Shown one piece after another: positions 46,687 through 57,939 of a stretch of 64,000 bases of DNA. The stretch is taken from positions 957 through 64,956 of the forward strand of contig JBDKUN010000031.1 of NCBI GenBank assembly GCA_039679675.1, in the 5' to 3' direction. Origin of the DNA: Armatimonadota bacterium (GTDB taxonomy: Bacteria; Armatimonadota; UBA5829; DTLH01). The notes beneath the pieces were generated by a model. It was given only the letters and a program-made list of their open reading frames with translations. It did no database searches and had not been told where the DNA came from. The position numbers and the translations under genes are program-made. The stretch's first letter is position 1, and every line of letters starts with the position of its first letter.

Positions 46687-48459
46687 TTAATCTATCTTCA
46701 CCTTAACCGGTTTTTCTTCCGGTTTGGGGTCTGGTTTTATTCCACGGGGTGTGTAGTGGGTGTGCAATAGCTCGTGGGACTTGTGGGAGAGCGGTTCGCC
46801 CAGGAACTCTTTGTACAGCTTCTGGACTGACGGGTTCTCGTGCGATCTTCGGACCGTCATTGCCTCGTCCTCTTCATAGATCGCCTGAGCCCGTTTCTTT
46901 CGGATCTCTTCATTAGTCGGGATAGGCTGGCCGCCGCCGCCGATGCACCCGCCGGGGCAGCACATTATCTCTATGAAGTGATAATCGGCAAATTTGCCCG
47001 ACTTGATCCCTTCCATAACCTCTCTTGCGTTTGCCAGTCCGTGAGCGACTGCTGCTTTAACTGTAATTCCGGCTACCGGAATCTCCGCCGAGCGCACTCC
47101 ATCCATACCTCTGACTGCCGTGATATTCACATCATCGAGTTCGGTCCCCGTAAGCACGGCATAAGCAGTCCTGAGCGCTGCCTCCATGACGCCTCCCGTG
47201 CTTCCGAAGATGACCGCAGCACCGGTAGACTCTCCAAGCGGATCGTCATACTGTCCGTCCGGCAGGTTCGGCAGGTCGATTCCTGCTTCCTTCATCATCG
47301 CCGCTGCCTCGCGGGTCGTCAGGACATAGTCCACGTCCTTGTAACCGCTGTCGGCCATCTCCGGCCTGTCGCACTCGTATTTCTTCGCTGCGCACGGCAT
47401 AATCGATACGGATACGATGTCCTTCGGGTCGATTCCAGCCTTTTCGGCGTAATATGTCTTGGCTAGAGCGCCGAACATCTGCTGCGGGCTCTTGCAGCTC
47501 GATACATGCGGCAGAAGCTCGGGGTAGAAGTGCTCGATGAACTTGATCCAACCAGGCGAGCAGGATGTAAGCTGGGGCAGCACCCCGCCTTCCTTTATCC
47601 GGTGGATGAGCTCGTAGCCCTCTTCCATAATCGTAAGGTCAGCCGTGAAGTCGGTGTCGAACACCTTGTCGAACCCCATAGCCTTTAGCGCCGTGACCAT
47701 TTTGCCTGTAACGCGGTGGCCGGGCTCCATACCGAACTCTTCGCCTATCGCCGCGCGGACAGCGGGAGCTGTCTGAACCACAACGTGCTTCGCCGGGTCG
47801 TGAAGCGCCGCCCAGACCTGCTGGACTGAACTCTTCTCACGAAGCGCGCCGGTGGGACACCTATTGATGCACTGGCCGCAGTTTACGCAGACGGCTTCGA
47901 CCATAGTCTTCCCGAGCGCCGGGCCGATTGACATATCCCATCCTCTGCCGCTTGCGGAAAGGGTTCCCACACTCTGGAGTTCGTGGCAGACCCGGATGCA
48001 CCGCTTGCACATGATACATTTTTCGGGGTCGCGGATGACGGATGCGCTGGAGGCATCTTCTTCCTGAATTCGTCGCTCACCGCGGAACGGGACATCCTCT
48101 ATTCCATACTCTTTCGCCAGCTTTTGCAGCTCGCATTTCTGGTTTTTTGAGCAGGTGAGACAGTCCTGCGGGTGATTAGCAAGCAGGAGTTCGATTATCA
48201 TCTTCCTGGCCTGCCGTACCCTCGGCGAGTGGGTCATGATGCTCATTCCATCCGAGACGGGGAAGGCGCACGCCGGTTGCAGGAGCTTTTGCCCCTTTAC
48301 ATCCACTATGCAGATGCGGCAGACTCCCTCCGTGCGGAGGTCTGGATGGTGGCATAGTGTCGGAATATAAATCCCCGCGCCTTCGGCTGCCTGGAGGATT
48401 GTCATCCTTTCTTCGGCAACTACGGGGAGACCGTTTATCGTAAGTGTGATCTTAGACAT
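46687..48459 (-). CDS. hydA: [FeFe]-hydrogenase catalytic subunit (HndD/HydA type, with N-terminal 2Fe-2S and 4Fe-4S ferredoxin domains)
   Basis: H-cluster motifs 'TSCSPGWIKF'-type (L1), 'MPCAAKKYE' (L2) and 'EIMCCPGGCIGGGGQP' (L3). The ATG at 48459 lies 2 nt after the upstream stop and has a GAGGTGG RBS. Confidence 0.85.
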   Translation of the reverse strand: MSKITLTINGLPVVAEERMTILQAAEGAGIYIPTLCHHPDLRTEGVCRICIVDVKGQKLLQPACAFPVSDGMSIMTHSPRVRQARKMIIELLLANHPQDCLTCSKNQKCELQKLAKEYGIEDVPFRGERRIQEEDASSASVIRDPEKCIMCKRCIRVCHELQSVGTLSASGRGWDMSIGPALGKTMVEAVCVNCGQCINRCPTGALREKSSVQQVWAALHDPAKHVVVQTAPAVRAAIGEEFGMEPGHRVTGKMVTALKAMGFDKVFDTDFTADLTIMEEGYELIHRIKEGGVLPQLTSCSPGWIKFIEHFYPELLPHVSSCKSPQQMFGALAKTYYAEKAGIDPKDIVSVSIMPCAAKKYECDRPEMADSGYKDVDYVLTTREAAAMMKEAGIDLPNLPDGQYDDPLGESTGAAVIFGSTGGVMEAALRTAYAVLTGTELDDVNITAVRGMDGVRSAEIPVAGITVKAAVAHGLANAREVMEGIKSGKFADYHFIEIMCCPGGCIGGGGQPIPTNEEIRKKRAQAIYEEDEAMTVRRSHENPSVQKLYKEFLGEPLSHKSHELLHTHYTPRGIKPDPKPEEKPVKVKID

Positions 48460-48461
48460 CG

Positions 48462-50081
48462 TCACACCACCTCGCTTCCGTGACCGTTATCCATCTCGCA
48501 CACACCGTTCGGGCATACCTTGTCAACGACATGCGACCGATACTCCTCTTCGAAGAGCGGCAGGCTGGTGCGAAACGCTGTGGCCGCAAACTGGCCGAGG
48601 CCGCACTTGGCCGCTGTCGACATCACCTCTCCGAGTTCCTTGGCAAGCTCCAGATCTCCGGGGCTTCCTGCCCCGGCCTGCCACCAGGTGAACATCTCAT
48701 GGAGCCGCTTGGTCCCTTCCCGGCACGGCACGCATTGTCCGCACGACTCATGCAGGAAGAACTGCGCGCAGTTCTGCATCATATCGACCATGCACTTGGC
48801 GTCATCCATCACTATAAGCGCGCCCGCTCCGGGCGGAAGGTCTTCAAATGCAAACTGGCGGTCTAGGTCGGCCTTGCTGACACATACACCGGACGGCCCG
48901 CCGATTAAAACAGCTTTTAAGTCCTTGCCGGACTTGATACCGCCTGCCATCTCGTAGATGACTTCGCGCATAGTCGTCCCGAACGGCACTTCATAGACTC
49001 CCGGCATGAGCACATCGCCGCAGGGCGAAAATATCTTTGTTCCCGCGCTCTTTTCGGTGCCGATAGAGGCGAACCACTCCGGCCCGTTCAGAATAATCTG
49101 CGGGATATTCGCGAGCGTCTCTACGTTGTTGATGACGGTCGGCCTGCTGTTAAGCCCGGATGTCGGAGGATAAGGCGGCTTCATCCTCGATTCGCCGCGT
49201 GTTCCTTCGAGCGATTCCAGAAGGGCAGTCTCCTCACCGCAGATGTAAGCGCCTGCGCCCTTGAACACCTCGATATCGAAAGCAAATCCGCTTCCCAGGA
49301 TGTTTTCTCCGAGGAGTTCCATCTCTCTGGCTTGCGCAATGGCAAGCTCCAGATGGCTTACGGACTGGTGGTATTCTCCGCGGATGTATACATAACCTTT
49401 GTTCGCGCCGATTGCGTAACCGCCGATTATCATAGCCTCTATGATCGAGTGCGGGTCGCCTTCCAGGATGAGCCTGTCTTTGAAATTTCCCGGCTCGCCT
49501 TCGTCGGCGTTGCAAACAATTGCTTTTCCATCGCCGCATTCGTTGGCGGTAAGCTCCCATTTGAGTCCGGTCGGAAATGCTGCTCCGCCGCGGCCTCTTA
49601 AGCCGGATTTCTTGACGGATTCCACCACATCAACCGGCCGCATCTCCGTGAGAGCTTTTCCGAGCGCCTCATAGCCGCCGACCGCGATGTATTCTTCGAT
49701 GGAAGTCGGGTCTATCGCGCCGACGTTTTTAAGCACGATCCTGTGCTCTTTCTGCCGGGCGGACGCGGGAGCGGTGGTAACCCCGGCAGGTTTTGCGTTG
49801 TAGACGAGCCGCTGGAGGACTCGCCCCTTTAGTAAATGTTCTTCGACGATATCTGGAACGTCGTTGACGGTAACTCCGCAGTAGGTTGTCCCCTCAGGGT
49901 AGACAACTATCACAGGCCCGTACTCCGAGATGCCGAGACAGCCGGTTTCGACTACTTTTATCTCGTTTTCCAGCCCTTTTTTCTTGATCTCCTCGACCAA
50001 AGCGGCCTGGATTGCACGGCTTCCCTTGAGGATGCACGGAGTCCCGTTGCAGACCAGTACATGAGCTCTGTAGAACGGCAT
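48462..50081 (-). CDS. NuoF-like NAD(P)H-binding flavoprotein subunit of bifurcating hydrogenase (HndC/HydB)
   Basis: N-terminal thioredoxin-like 2Fe-2S ('HVLVCNGTPC'), an FMN/NADH fold ('GRGGAAFPTGLKW') and C-terminal 4Fe-4S 'CGQCVPCREG'. Confidence 0.85.
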   Translation of the reverse strand: MPFYRAHVLVCNGTPCILKGSRAIQAALVEEIKKKGLENEIKVVETGCLGISEYGPVIVVYPEGTTYCGVTVNDVPDIVEEHLLKGRVLQRLVYNAKPAGVTTAPASARQKEHRIVLKNVGAIDPTSIEEYIAVGGYEALGKALTEMRPVDVVESVKKSGLRGRGGAAFPTGLKWELTANECGDGKAIVCNADEGEPGNFKDRLILEGDPHSIIEAMIIGGYAIGANKGYVYIRGEYHQSVSHLELAIAQAREMELLGENILGSGFAFDIEVFKGAGAYICGEETALLESLEGTRGESRMKPPYPPTSGLNSRPTVINNVETLANIPQIILNGPEWFASIGTEKSAGTKIFSPCGDVLMPGVYEVPFGTTMREVIYEMAGGIKSGKDLKAVLIGGPSGVCVSKADLDRQFAFEDLPPGAGALIVMDDAKCMVDMMQNCAQFFLHESCGQCVPCREGTKRLHEMFTWWQAGAGSPGDLELAKELGEVMSTAAKCGLGQFAATAFRTSLPLFEEEYRSHVVDKVCPNGVCEMDNGHGSEVV

Positions 50082-50582
50082 TTATGACTCCTTTTTCCTG
50101 TATTTGAGTAGGATTTCACCGATCATCTGCGGCGTAAGGTTGCCGTAGACGTCCTCGTTGACCATTATAGCCGGGGCGACTCCGCACAGGCCGAAGCAGC
50201 TTACAGTCTCAAATGAAAACTGGCCGTCTTCGGTGGTCTCACCGGGATTGATGCCAAGTTCCTTGGTGATGGCTGCTCTGATGGCGTTTGATCCCTCTAT
50301 GTGGCAGGGTGGGGAGTCGCAGATTCTGACAACATACCGGCCTTTGGGCTCGGTGGAGAAAAGTGTGTAGAAGGTGGCAGTGCCAAAGACATCGGAGATG
50401 GGGACATCGAGCCAATCGGCGATTTCCTGCATAGCTTCTTCAGGAAGGTGTCCCATCTTCGCCTGGACCGCGTGTAGGGCGGGGATAACATTCCCCCGCT
50501 TCTTCTCAAAGGTTCGGATTACGGCGCTATAGCCGTTTTCGTCCCCCGAGGACTTGCAACAGGAGCATTCTTTCTTTTCCAA
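50082..50582 (-). CDS. NuoE-like thioredoxin-fold [2Fe-2S] subunit (HndA/HydC)
   Basis: 'IPALHAVQAKMGHLPEE' and 'CDSPPCHIEGS...CFGLCGVAP'. TTG start with AGGAGGA RBS. Confidence 0.8.
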   Translation of the reverse strand: MEKKECSCCKSSGDENGYSAVIRTFEKKRGNVIPALHAVQAKMGHLPEEAMQEIADWLDVPISDVFGTATFYTLFSTEPKGRYVVRICDSPPCHIEGSNAIRAAITKELGINPGETTEDGQFSFETVSCFGLCGVAPAIMVNEDVYGNLTPQMIGEILLKYRKKES

Positions 50583-50596
50583 GCTCGATCCTCCTA

Positions 50597-50968
50597 TTAT
50601 TTAGTAGACACGACCCAATCGCCGACAATACTGTCGTTGACGATATGCTGGGCGACGATAGTCCGGGCTTTTTCGGGGGTGACATAGCCGTAGGTGACGA
50701 CTGGCTGGCCTGGTTTACAGACATCCAGCATCGGTTCCTGCTCGCAGAGACCTTTGCATCCGGTCTGGGTGACGGCGATGTCGGTCAAGCCTCTCTTTTC
50801 AAGTTCATCCAGAATGGCGGCCATAACTTCTCGCGCGCCGGCGGCGATCCCGCAGGTACCCATGGCGACAACGACTTTGCACTTGGAGCCGCTTTCGCGG
50901 ACCTTCATGTTCTCGAGCGCCTGTTCCCTGATCTTACGGAGATCCTCAAGTGATTTCATACTCGACAT
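50597..50968 (-). CDS. Small thioredoxin-like [2Fe-2S] ferredoxin subunit (HndB-like)
   Basis: 'VVVAMGTCGIAAGAREV...TGCKGLCEQEP'. The ATG at 50968 has an AGGAGAGG RBS. Confidence 0.55.
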   Translation of the reverse strand: MSSMKSLEDLRKIREQALENMKVRESGSKCKVVVAMGTCGIAAGAREVMAAILDELEKRGLTDIAVTQTGCKGLCEQEPMLDVCKPGQPVVTYGYVTPEKARTIVAQHIVNDSIVGDWVVSTK

Positions 50969-51497
50969 TCCTCTCCTGATGTGTAATGGGTTTCCTATGG
51001 CGATAATTCGGGTTATCAAGCCGTGGATAGGCTTGCAAGCATTGATAGCTCAATAACGCGATTTTTCGAGCAAATTGTGCATTTTTTAACGATTTATTTC
51101 TTGTATACGTCTGCCAGGGGTAGTATAACCTCTGGTAAATATTTAGTCAACGGGACAATCACCTAAAGAGTTTCGAGTAATGCTGCAAGAAACCTATGGA
51201 CACATAACCGGTCACTGATAATGCTGTATCTGTTAGTTCTACGCATAAACGCGAAACTCTTCCCGAAAGGAGTTTTGGCTGAAACAACATTTAATACTCG
51301 TTACACCAGTTGCCAAAACTCTGTATATAAGTTGTCACAATATCTCTGGTAATAGGGGAATTTAGGATTTGAGAACACTCCGGCACAAAAGATTTACGTA
51401 AAGCGTAGAAACATACAGATAGAATCGTGTTTTTGGCACAATTCTTGCACCAAAAGTGACTCGTTATGCAGTACATTCAAAAGGAGTTTCCGTAATA

Positions 51498-52187
51498 ATG
51501 AGACGATCAGCTTTAATTCTTCTGTCTGCCATGATGCTTGCTATTGTTCTGTTCGCAGGCGCGGCGAATGCCGACGTGATCTACAGCAATTTCAACAGCG
51601 GCTCTGGGGACCTGTTCGACACCAGTAACGCCAACTGCGCGATGGTGGCTCCGACTCAGAGTATAGGAATGAAGTTCACCGTATCCGGTGGAGATTACTA
51701 TCTCAGCACAATCGATTTGCCGCTCTATTATGATCTCAGGGGTGACCCAAGCCATGAAATCACCATCTCGATTGCAAGCAATTCTCAAAGATCATTAGGT
51801 TCCGATATTTCCTACGAAGTCCCGGGTACTATCTTGGAGTCTATGTCTTTGAATGAAGGGGCTATCTCTGGAACGCACCTTGTGACTGTCAATTCAAGCT
51901 CCAACCCTTTGCTTAAGAATGGCAATACTTATTGGGTGGTAGCAACGGGCGTGGCAGCAACGGGCGGTCAGGCCTATTGGAATTACAACAACATCGGCGC
52001 TAAGGGCCAGGCATACACGGGTTACACTTGGACGAATGAGGATAGCTGGAACTGGTACTATAATCAGCCTGCCTGTGCTTTCCGTGTCTCCGGCGTCGCG
52101 GCTGCAGTCCCTGAGCCTTCTTCTCTCATGGCGCTCTTTGCTGGAATCGGAACAATGGGTGGAGTGTTTTTCCGCAGACGGAGATAA
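51498..52187 (+). CDS. PEP-CTERM sorting-domain secreted protein
   Basis: Signal peptide 'MRRSALILLSAMMLAIVLFAGAANA' and C-terminal 'VPEPSSLMALFAGIGTMGGVFFRRRR'. Confidence 0.65.
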   Translation: MRRSALILLSAMMLAIVLFAGAANADVIYSNFNSGSGDLFDTSNANCAMVAPTQSIGMKFTVSGGDYYLSTIDLPLYYDLRGDPSHEITISIASNSQRSLGSDISYEVPGTILESMSLNEGAISGTHLVTVNSSSNPLLKNGNTYWVVATGVAATGGQAYWNYNNIGAKGQAYTGYTWTNEDSWNWYYNQPACAFRVSGVAAAVPEPSSLMALFAGIGTMGGVFFRRRR

Positions 52188-52204
52188 CAATCCTTCATTT
52201 AGAA

Positions 52205-52232
52205 TCTTCGGCGCATTTTTTTGCGCCGAAGA
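52205..52232. terminator. Hairpin 'tcttcggcgca-ttttttt-gcgccgaaga'
   Basis: Perfect stem with a T-rich loop after the PEP-CTERM gene. Confidence 0.45.
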
Positions 52233-52377
52233 TAGAAAATCCTGTGTTCACAAATCCTTCTTCTTGCTTTTGTGATAGCGAATCTCCCGATTCTTCATCC
52301 TTCCCCCTTGAACGCCGTTTATGCTAGAATAGTCGCGCGTGTGAAGTCTGAAAAATAATTTGCGTCCGGGCGCATGA

Positions 52378-53721
<1,344 letters not shown>

Positions 53722-53739
53722 GGGAAGGATCGAGAACCG

Positions 53740-54375
53740 GTGATTAGTGAGTGTGAGGAACAGGGTTCAGGCGCGCGTATAGGTATTATAGGCGGGACGT
53801 TCGACCCGATTCACATTGGGCACCTGATCATCGCAGAGGAAGCCAGGTATCAGTTCCGGCTCGACCGGCTGATCTTTATTCCGGCAGGTGTGCCTCCTCA
53901 TAAGCCGAACCAGCCTATCACGGATAAGGAACAACGGTTCAATATGACCGTGCTGGCGACGGAAGACAACCCGGCATTCGAGGTCTCCAGAATCGAGATA
54001 GACAGGTCCGGCCCGTCCTACGCGGTCGATACGCTCGCAGAGCTTAAGAAAATATATGGTAATGATACCCGTCTATTCTTTATAATAGGCGCGGATGCGA
54101 TTCTCGAAATTCTGACGTGGTACGAGCCTGAGAAGCTCAGATGCATGTGCAGGTTCATTGCCACAACAAGGCCGGGGTATCGCCTTTCAGATGTAAAAAA
54201 GAAACTACCTGAGGAATATTTAGAACGCATAACCTTTATGGATGCTCCGGGAGTGGATATTTCGGCAACTGATCTCAGAAGCCGTGTCGCTTCCGGCAGG
54301 ACTATCAAATATATGGTTCCAAAAGCGGTAGAGGATTATATAATCGATAATAAGCTGTACATGGTGAAGAAGTGA
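53740..54375 (+). CDS. nadD: Nicotinate-nucleotide adenylyltransferase
   Basis: 'IGIIGGTFDPIHIGHL' (H/T-x-G-H). GTG start. Confidence 0.85.
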   Translation: MISECEEQGSGARIGIIGGTFDPIHIGHLIIAEEARYQFRLDRLIFIPAGVPPHKPNQPITDKEQRFNMTVLATEDNPAFEVSRIEIDRSGPSYAVDTLAELKKIYGNDTRLFFIIGADAILEILTWYEPEKLRCMCRFIATTRPGYRLSDVKKKLPEEYLERITFMDAPGVDISATDLRSRVASGRTIKYMVPKAVEDYIIDNKLYMVKK

Positions 54376-55586
54376 TGCAGAAACCGGCTGACGGCAAGCA
54401 AAAAAGGCGCATCTGGCCATGGATCATATCCATAGTGCTTGGCGCTGCAATCGGATATGGAGGGGCCAGGGGGCTTCTCATGCTTCGTGCTGCACATACG
54501 AGCGTGACGCAGATGATGAAGCCTCCATTCAATGGTCAGAAATTTGTGAGGATTCTTGCGCTCGGTGAAGACAACACGCATAAATCCAGTGCCACAGGCC
54601 GGGGCTTGTCCGACACGATTCTCGTAGTTGCGGTCGATATGGACAAAAAGACCGTTCGCGGGCTATCAGTTCCCAGGGATACCATGATAGAAATCCCCGG
54701 GCATGGCACGAGAAAAATCAACGCAGCGTATTCCATCGGTGGGCCGGAGCTTGCGGTTAATACCGTTCAGGGTGTGCTTGGCGTCAAGATCGACTACTAT
54801 ATGCAGACGGATATTGCCGGTCTGAAGAACATAGTAGACCTGATCGGCGGTGTAGGGATCGATGTCGAGAAGAACATGCACTACACCGACCGGCGAGGCG
54901 GGCTTTATATCAACCTCAGAAAAGGTTACAGACACCTGAATGGAGATCAGGCGCTTCAATACGTCAGGTTCAGGCACGATAAACTGGGTGACATAACGCG
55001 CATCCAGCGCCAGCAGAAGTTTCTCCGGGCGATTGCCCGGCATATGCTGGAACCCAGGAACCTCGTGCATGCGCCTGCGGTAGTCGGCGAAATCTACGAA
55101 AAGGGTTATGTAAAGACTAATCTGAACCTGAAGGATCTGAAGGCGCTTATTGAGCTTGCACGTGATATTCCGCCGGACAAAATGGAGATGGAGATGGCGT
55201 CTGGAGCGCCTCAGAATATCGATGGCGCCAGCTATTGGGTAATCGATACGATAAAGACGTCGGAACAGGTAGCGAAACTCCTGCTTCCGGGAGGCGGAAA
55301 CCTCGCTCCGAGTGTGGAAGTGCTGAACGGTTCCGGCACGGCAGGACTCGCGAAGCAGGTTTCGGACCAACTGCAGACACTGGGTTACAGGGTAATATCG
55401 ACCGGTAATGCAAATGGTTTCAACTATGAACGGTCTCAGATCACCGCTCGCGCCGGGATGGAGGACAAAGCCAGGGAAATAGCCCCGCTGATAGGAAATG
55501 CGGAGGTAAAAACGGCTGCCGATTCAGAAAGTACATCCGGTAGTGCAGATATTACCGTAATCATAGGCAAGAATTATAAGCAGTAA
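54375..55586 (+). CDS. LytR-CpsA-Psr (LCP) family protein with C-terminal LytR_C domain
   Basis: An N-terminal TM helix, then 'RSDTILVVAVDMDKKTVRGLSVPRDT...' LCP core. ATGA overlap with nadD. Confidence 0.75.
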   Translation: MQKPADGKQKRRIWPWIISIVLGAAIGYGGARGLLMLRAAHTSVTQMMKPPFNGQKFVRILALGEDNTHKSSATGRGLSDTILVVAVDMDKKTVRGLSVPRDTMIEIPGHGTRKINAAYSIGGPELAVNTVQGVLGVKIDYYMQTDIAGLKNIVDLIGGVGIDVEKNMHYTDRRGGLYINLRKGYRHLNGDQALQYVRFRHDKLGDITRIQRQQKFLRAIARHMLEPRNLVHAPAVVGEIYEKGYVKTNLNLKDLKALIELARDIPPDKMEMEMASGAPQNIDGASYWVIDTIKTSEQVAKLLLPGGGNLAPSVEVLNGSGTAGLAKQVSDQLQTLGYRVISTGNANGFNYERSQITARAGMEDKAREIAPLIGNAEVKTAADSESTSGSADITVIIGKNYKQ

Positions 55587-55609
55587 GAAAGAGAAGCTAA
55601 AACAGGGAT

Positions 55610-55963
55610 ATGACCAATTTAGAAACCGATAAGAGGCTTGAGATAGTCCGAAACGCAGTTATCGACCAGAAGGCGGAAAACGTCGAAGTGATCGACCTGC
55701 GGGACAGGACGATCATCGCGGATTATTTTGTACTGGCAAGCGGCACGTCCAACGTGCATATCAGATCGATTGTCGATAAGACACTGGAAAGAATGAAGGA
55801 GCAAGGCCAGCGTGCTGACCGTGTCGAAGGCTACAGCGAAGCTAAATGGGTGCTTGTCGATTACGGAGACGTGGTGCTTCACGTATTCGCGCCGGAAGAG
55901 AGGGAGTTCTACGACCTTGAGTCCCTGTGGCGGGCTACGGAGGAGCGGCTGGCCGCAAAGTAA
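55610..55963 (+). CDS. rsfS: Ribosomal silencing factor RsfS (Iojap)
   Basis: 'IADYFVLASGTSNVHIRSI' and 'WVLVDYGDVVLHVF'. Confidence 0.85.
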   Translation: MTNLETDKRLEIVRNAVIDQKAENVEVIDLRDRTIIADYFVLASGTSNVHIRSIVDKTLERMKEQGQRADRVEGYSEAKWVLVDYGDVVLHVFAPEEREFYDLESLWRATEERLAAK

Positions 55964-55968
55964 AGCCT

Positions 55969-56646
55969 ATGTCAACAGACTCGGAAGATATCAAGCGTAA
56001 AGCAGAGATAGACCGGCTGCTCTCGCGCGCGAACGTCCACCGGATGAGGAGCGAGTATATCGAGGCCGAAGATGTGCTGAAAGAAGTGCTCTCGCTCGAC
56101 GAGTCCCGCATGGACGTGCATGAGATGATGGCGGATATGCTTTATGCGCGCGGGCAGTTGGAATCAGCAGCCGAAGAATATAAGAATATCATGGAAGCCG
56201 ACCCCGGCCGCGCGTCTGCTGAGACCAAGTACGCCAAAGTGATGCTTGAGAAGGGCGAGAACGAGTATGAGAAAAAACTCGCCCGGGATATGATAGAGAA
56301 CCCAGGCAAGTATTCGAACCCGCCGCAGCACCCGCTCGCTGCATTTTTGCTGTCTGCGGTGGCTCCGGGGCTGGGGCAGCTGTATAACGGCGAGAGAATA
56401 AAGGGGCTTATAATCCTTGGTGTGTTTTTGTTTTCTGTTCTGATCCTTGCCCTATCGCCTGACACGGGGAACCTGCTCAAGAACGTCGGCGTGTGGCTCA
56501 ACCCGTCGGGATCAGCCATGAAACCGCCGCCCGTGGGCTCGCTGGTGATCATTTTCACCGGCGTAATGGTGTTTCTTTACATCTACAGCGTGATAGACGC
56601 GGTCGTCACATCAGCCAAGTTGTCGGATGCAGGGAAGAAGGCGTAG
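55969..56646 (+). CDS. TPR-repeat protein with two C-terminal TM helices
   Basis: An ATG immediately follows the rsfS stop. 'EAEDVLKEVLSLDESRMDVHEMMADMLYARGQLESAAEEYKNIMEADP'. Confidence 0.5.
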   Translation: MSTDSEDIKRKAEIDRLLSRANVHRMRSEYIEAEDVLKEVLSLDESRMDVHEMMADMLYARGQLESAAEEYKNIMEADPGRASAETKYAKVMLEKGENEYEKKLARDMIENPGKYSNPPQHPLAAFLLSAVAPGLGQLYNGERIKGLIILGVFLFSVLILALSPDTGNLLKNVGVWLNPSGSAMKPPPVGSLVIIFTGVMVFLYIYSVIDAVVTSAKLSDAGKKA

Positions 56647-56788
56647 AAGCTCTTTTGCAGGCGAAAGTGTCTGCTTTTAGTGCGTGTCCTTTGCACCGAA
56701 CCTGCCGATTGCCTTAATCAACCACCCCAAAAAGAAAAACCCGCCATTGTGAAAGCTTTGGCGGGTGGAATGGGCTAAAGGTCTGTGA

Positions 56789-57478
56789 TTATCCCCTGCG
56801 CCTTCTCCTGAACAGCAGACTCGCCAAGCCTGCGCCCAGCACTGTGATTGTCGTTGGCTCGGGTACGTTATTACCAGCGACGTTGGCAACAATCCGTGGC
56901 CCTGAGCCGCTCTCTGCGGTGCGGATCGAGCCATAGGTGTCTCTCGAACCGGACATGACGAATGTCGAAAACGTTCGGCCAGCGGTTAAGTCCGTTTGGA
57001 CACAGGTCAGGACATCGAACGACTTAAGACCTGGTGTATCGGCGGAGCCACTGTCATAGATTGTAAATCCACCGGGCCGACTCGTGCTGGCAGGCCCCAG
57101 CTTATCTGCTCCCACATCGCCGGTAAGAGTAGATGTTCCGGTATCTAGCCAACCGATAGATGCTGAACCATAATAGTAACCTGTGCTAAACCCGAGCGAA
57201 TCCACCATGAGTGTTGCACTGGTCAAGGTCTTGCCGGTAAGTTCGATAATGGGAATTTCGAAAATCGACACTGTGTAGTCATTACCATAAAAGCCGCCAT
57301 TATTCAGACCGATACCCATAGCGTTTTCGCCCACACCATAGCTGGTCTCACTGTATTTGCTGTTCCATGAATATGTGGCATCTCCGGCAGCCGGAGTGTA
57401 GAGTGTGATCGCTGCCTGAGCCGCGACAGAGATTGCCAGCAACGCTACTACTATACATATTATCAGTCTTGTTTTCAT
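56789..57478 (-). CDS. PEP-CTERM sorting-domain secreted protein
   Basis: 'MKTRLIICIVVALLAISVAAQA' and C-terminal 'VPEPTTITVLGAGLASLLFRRRRRG'. GGAGGGAGGG RBS. The track ORF was trimmed from 57724. Confidence 0.65.
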   Translation of the reverse strand: MKTRLIICIVVALLAISVAAQAAITLYTPAAGDATYSWNSKYSETSYGVGENAMGIGLNNGGFYGNDYTVSIFEIPIIELTGKTLTSATLMVDSLGFSTGYYYGSASIGWLDTGTSTLTGDVGADKLGPASTSRPGGFTIYDSGSADTPGLKSFDVLTCVQTDLTAGRTFSTFVMSGSRDTYGSIRTAESGSGPRIVANVAGNNVPEPTTITVLGAGLASLLFRRRRRG

Positions 57479-57755
57479 TAAGCTTTCCCTCCCTCCTCGT
57501 TTTTTATTACATTGTCCGAGCAGCCAGCCCATCGGTTCCAGGTTGCTCGGTGCACTTAATCTCTGCATTATATATGCCAATTCGTATATCATTACCAAGA
57601 AAATATACGGTTTATCGGAAACTGAGCGTAAGGCTGCCAAAATGTAAGTTATTATAGCATGAAATTCAAATGGATGGATATTTAGGCTGTCGGGTGTTTT
57701 TAGGATTAGATTCAGCTGCCGCATGAAAGCTGGCTACTTTTACGTTCATAAACGC

Positions 57756-57784
57756 TTGACGTAATTTCCGACCAATGGTATATT
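57756..57784 (+). promoter_or_regulatory. Sigma70-like promoter TTGACG-N17-TATATT for tRNA-Ala
   Basis: Ends about 14 nt before the tRNA 5' end. Same -35 hexamer as the queD promoter. Confidence 0.55.
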
Positions 57785-57798
57785 ATTAGTGTCTTCGA

Positions 57799-57874
57799 GG
57801 GGCCATAGCTCAGCTGGGAGAGCGGTTGGCTGGCAGCCAATAGGTCAGGGGTTCGAATCCCCTTGGCTCCACCA
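57799..57874 (+). tRNA. tRNA-Ala (anticodon GGC)
   Basis: 76 nt cloverleaf: acceptor ggggcca/tggctcc with the G3:U70 Ala identity pair, D-arm gctcagctgggagagc, anticodon loop cuGGCag, T-arm ggggttcgaatcccc, encoded CCA. Followed by terminator 57884-57915. Confidence 0.85.
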
Positions 57875-57883
57875 GAATCGACA

Positions 57884-57915
57884 AAAGCCGTCCGTTATCG
57901 GGCGGCTTTTGTTTT
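57884..57915 (+). terminator. Rho-independent terminator after tRNA-Ala
   Basis: 'aaaagccgtccg-ttat-cgggcggcttttgtttt'. Confidence 0.75.
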
Positions 57916-57939
57916 ATGTACAGATTTTCAGTAGAGTAA

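Noticed and set aside
51101-51129. TTGTAT-N17-TATAAC promoter-like site in the hydrogenase/PEP-CTERM divergent gap
   Set aside because: It lies about 370 nt from the nearest plus-strand start in an AT-rich region where such matches arise by chance. Not reported as a feature.
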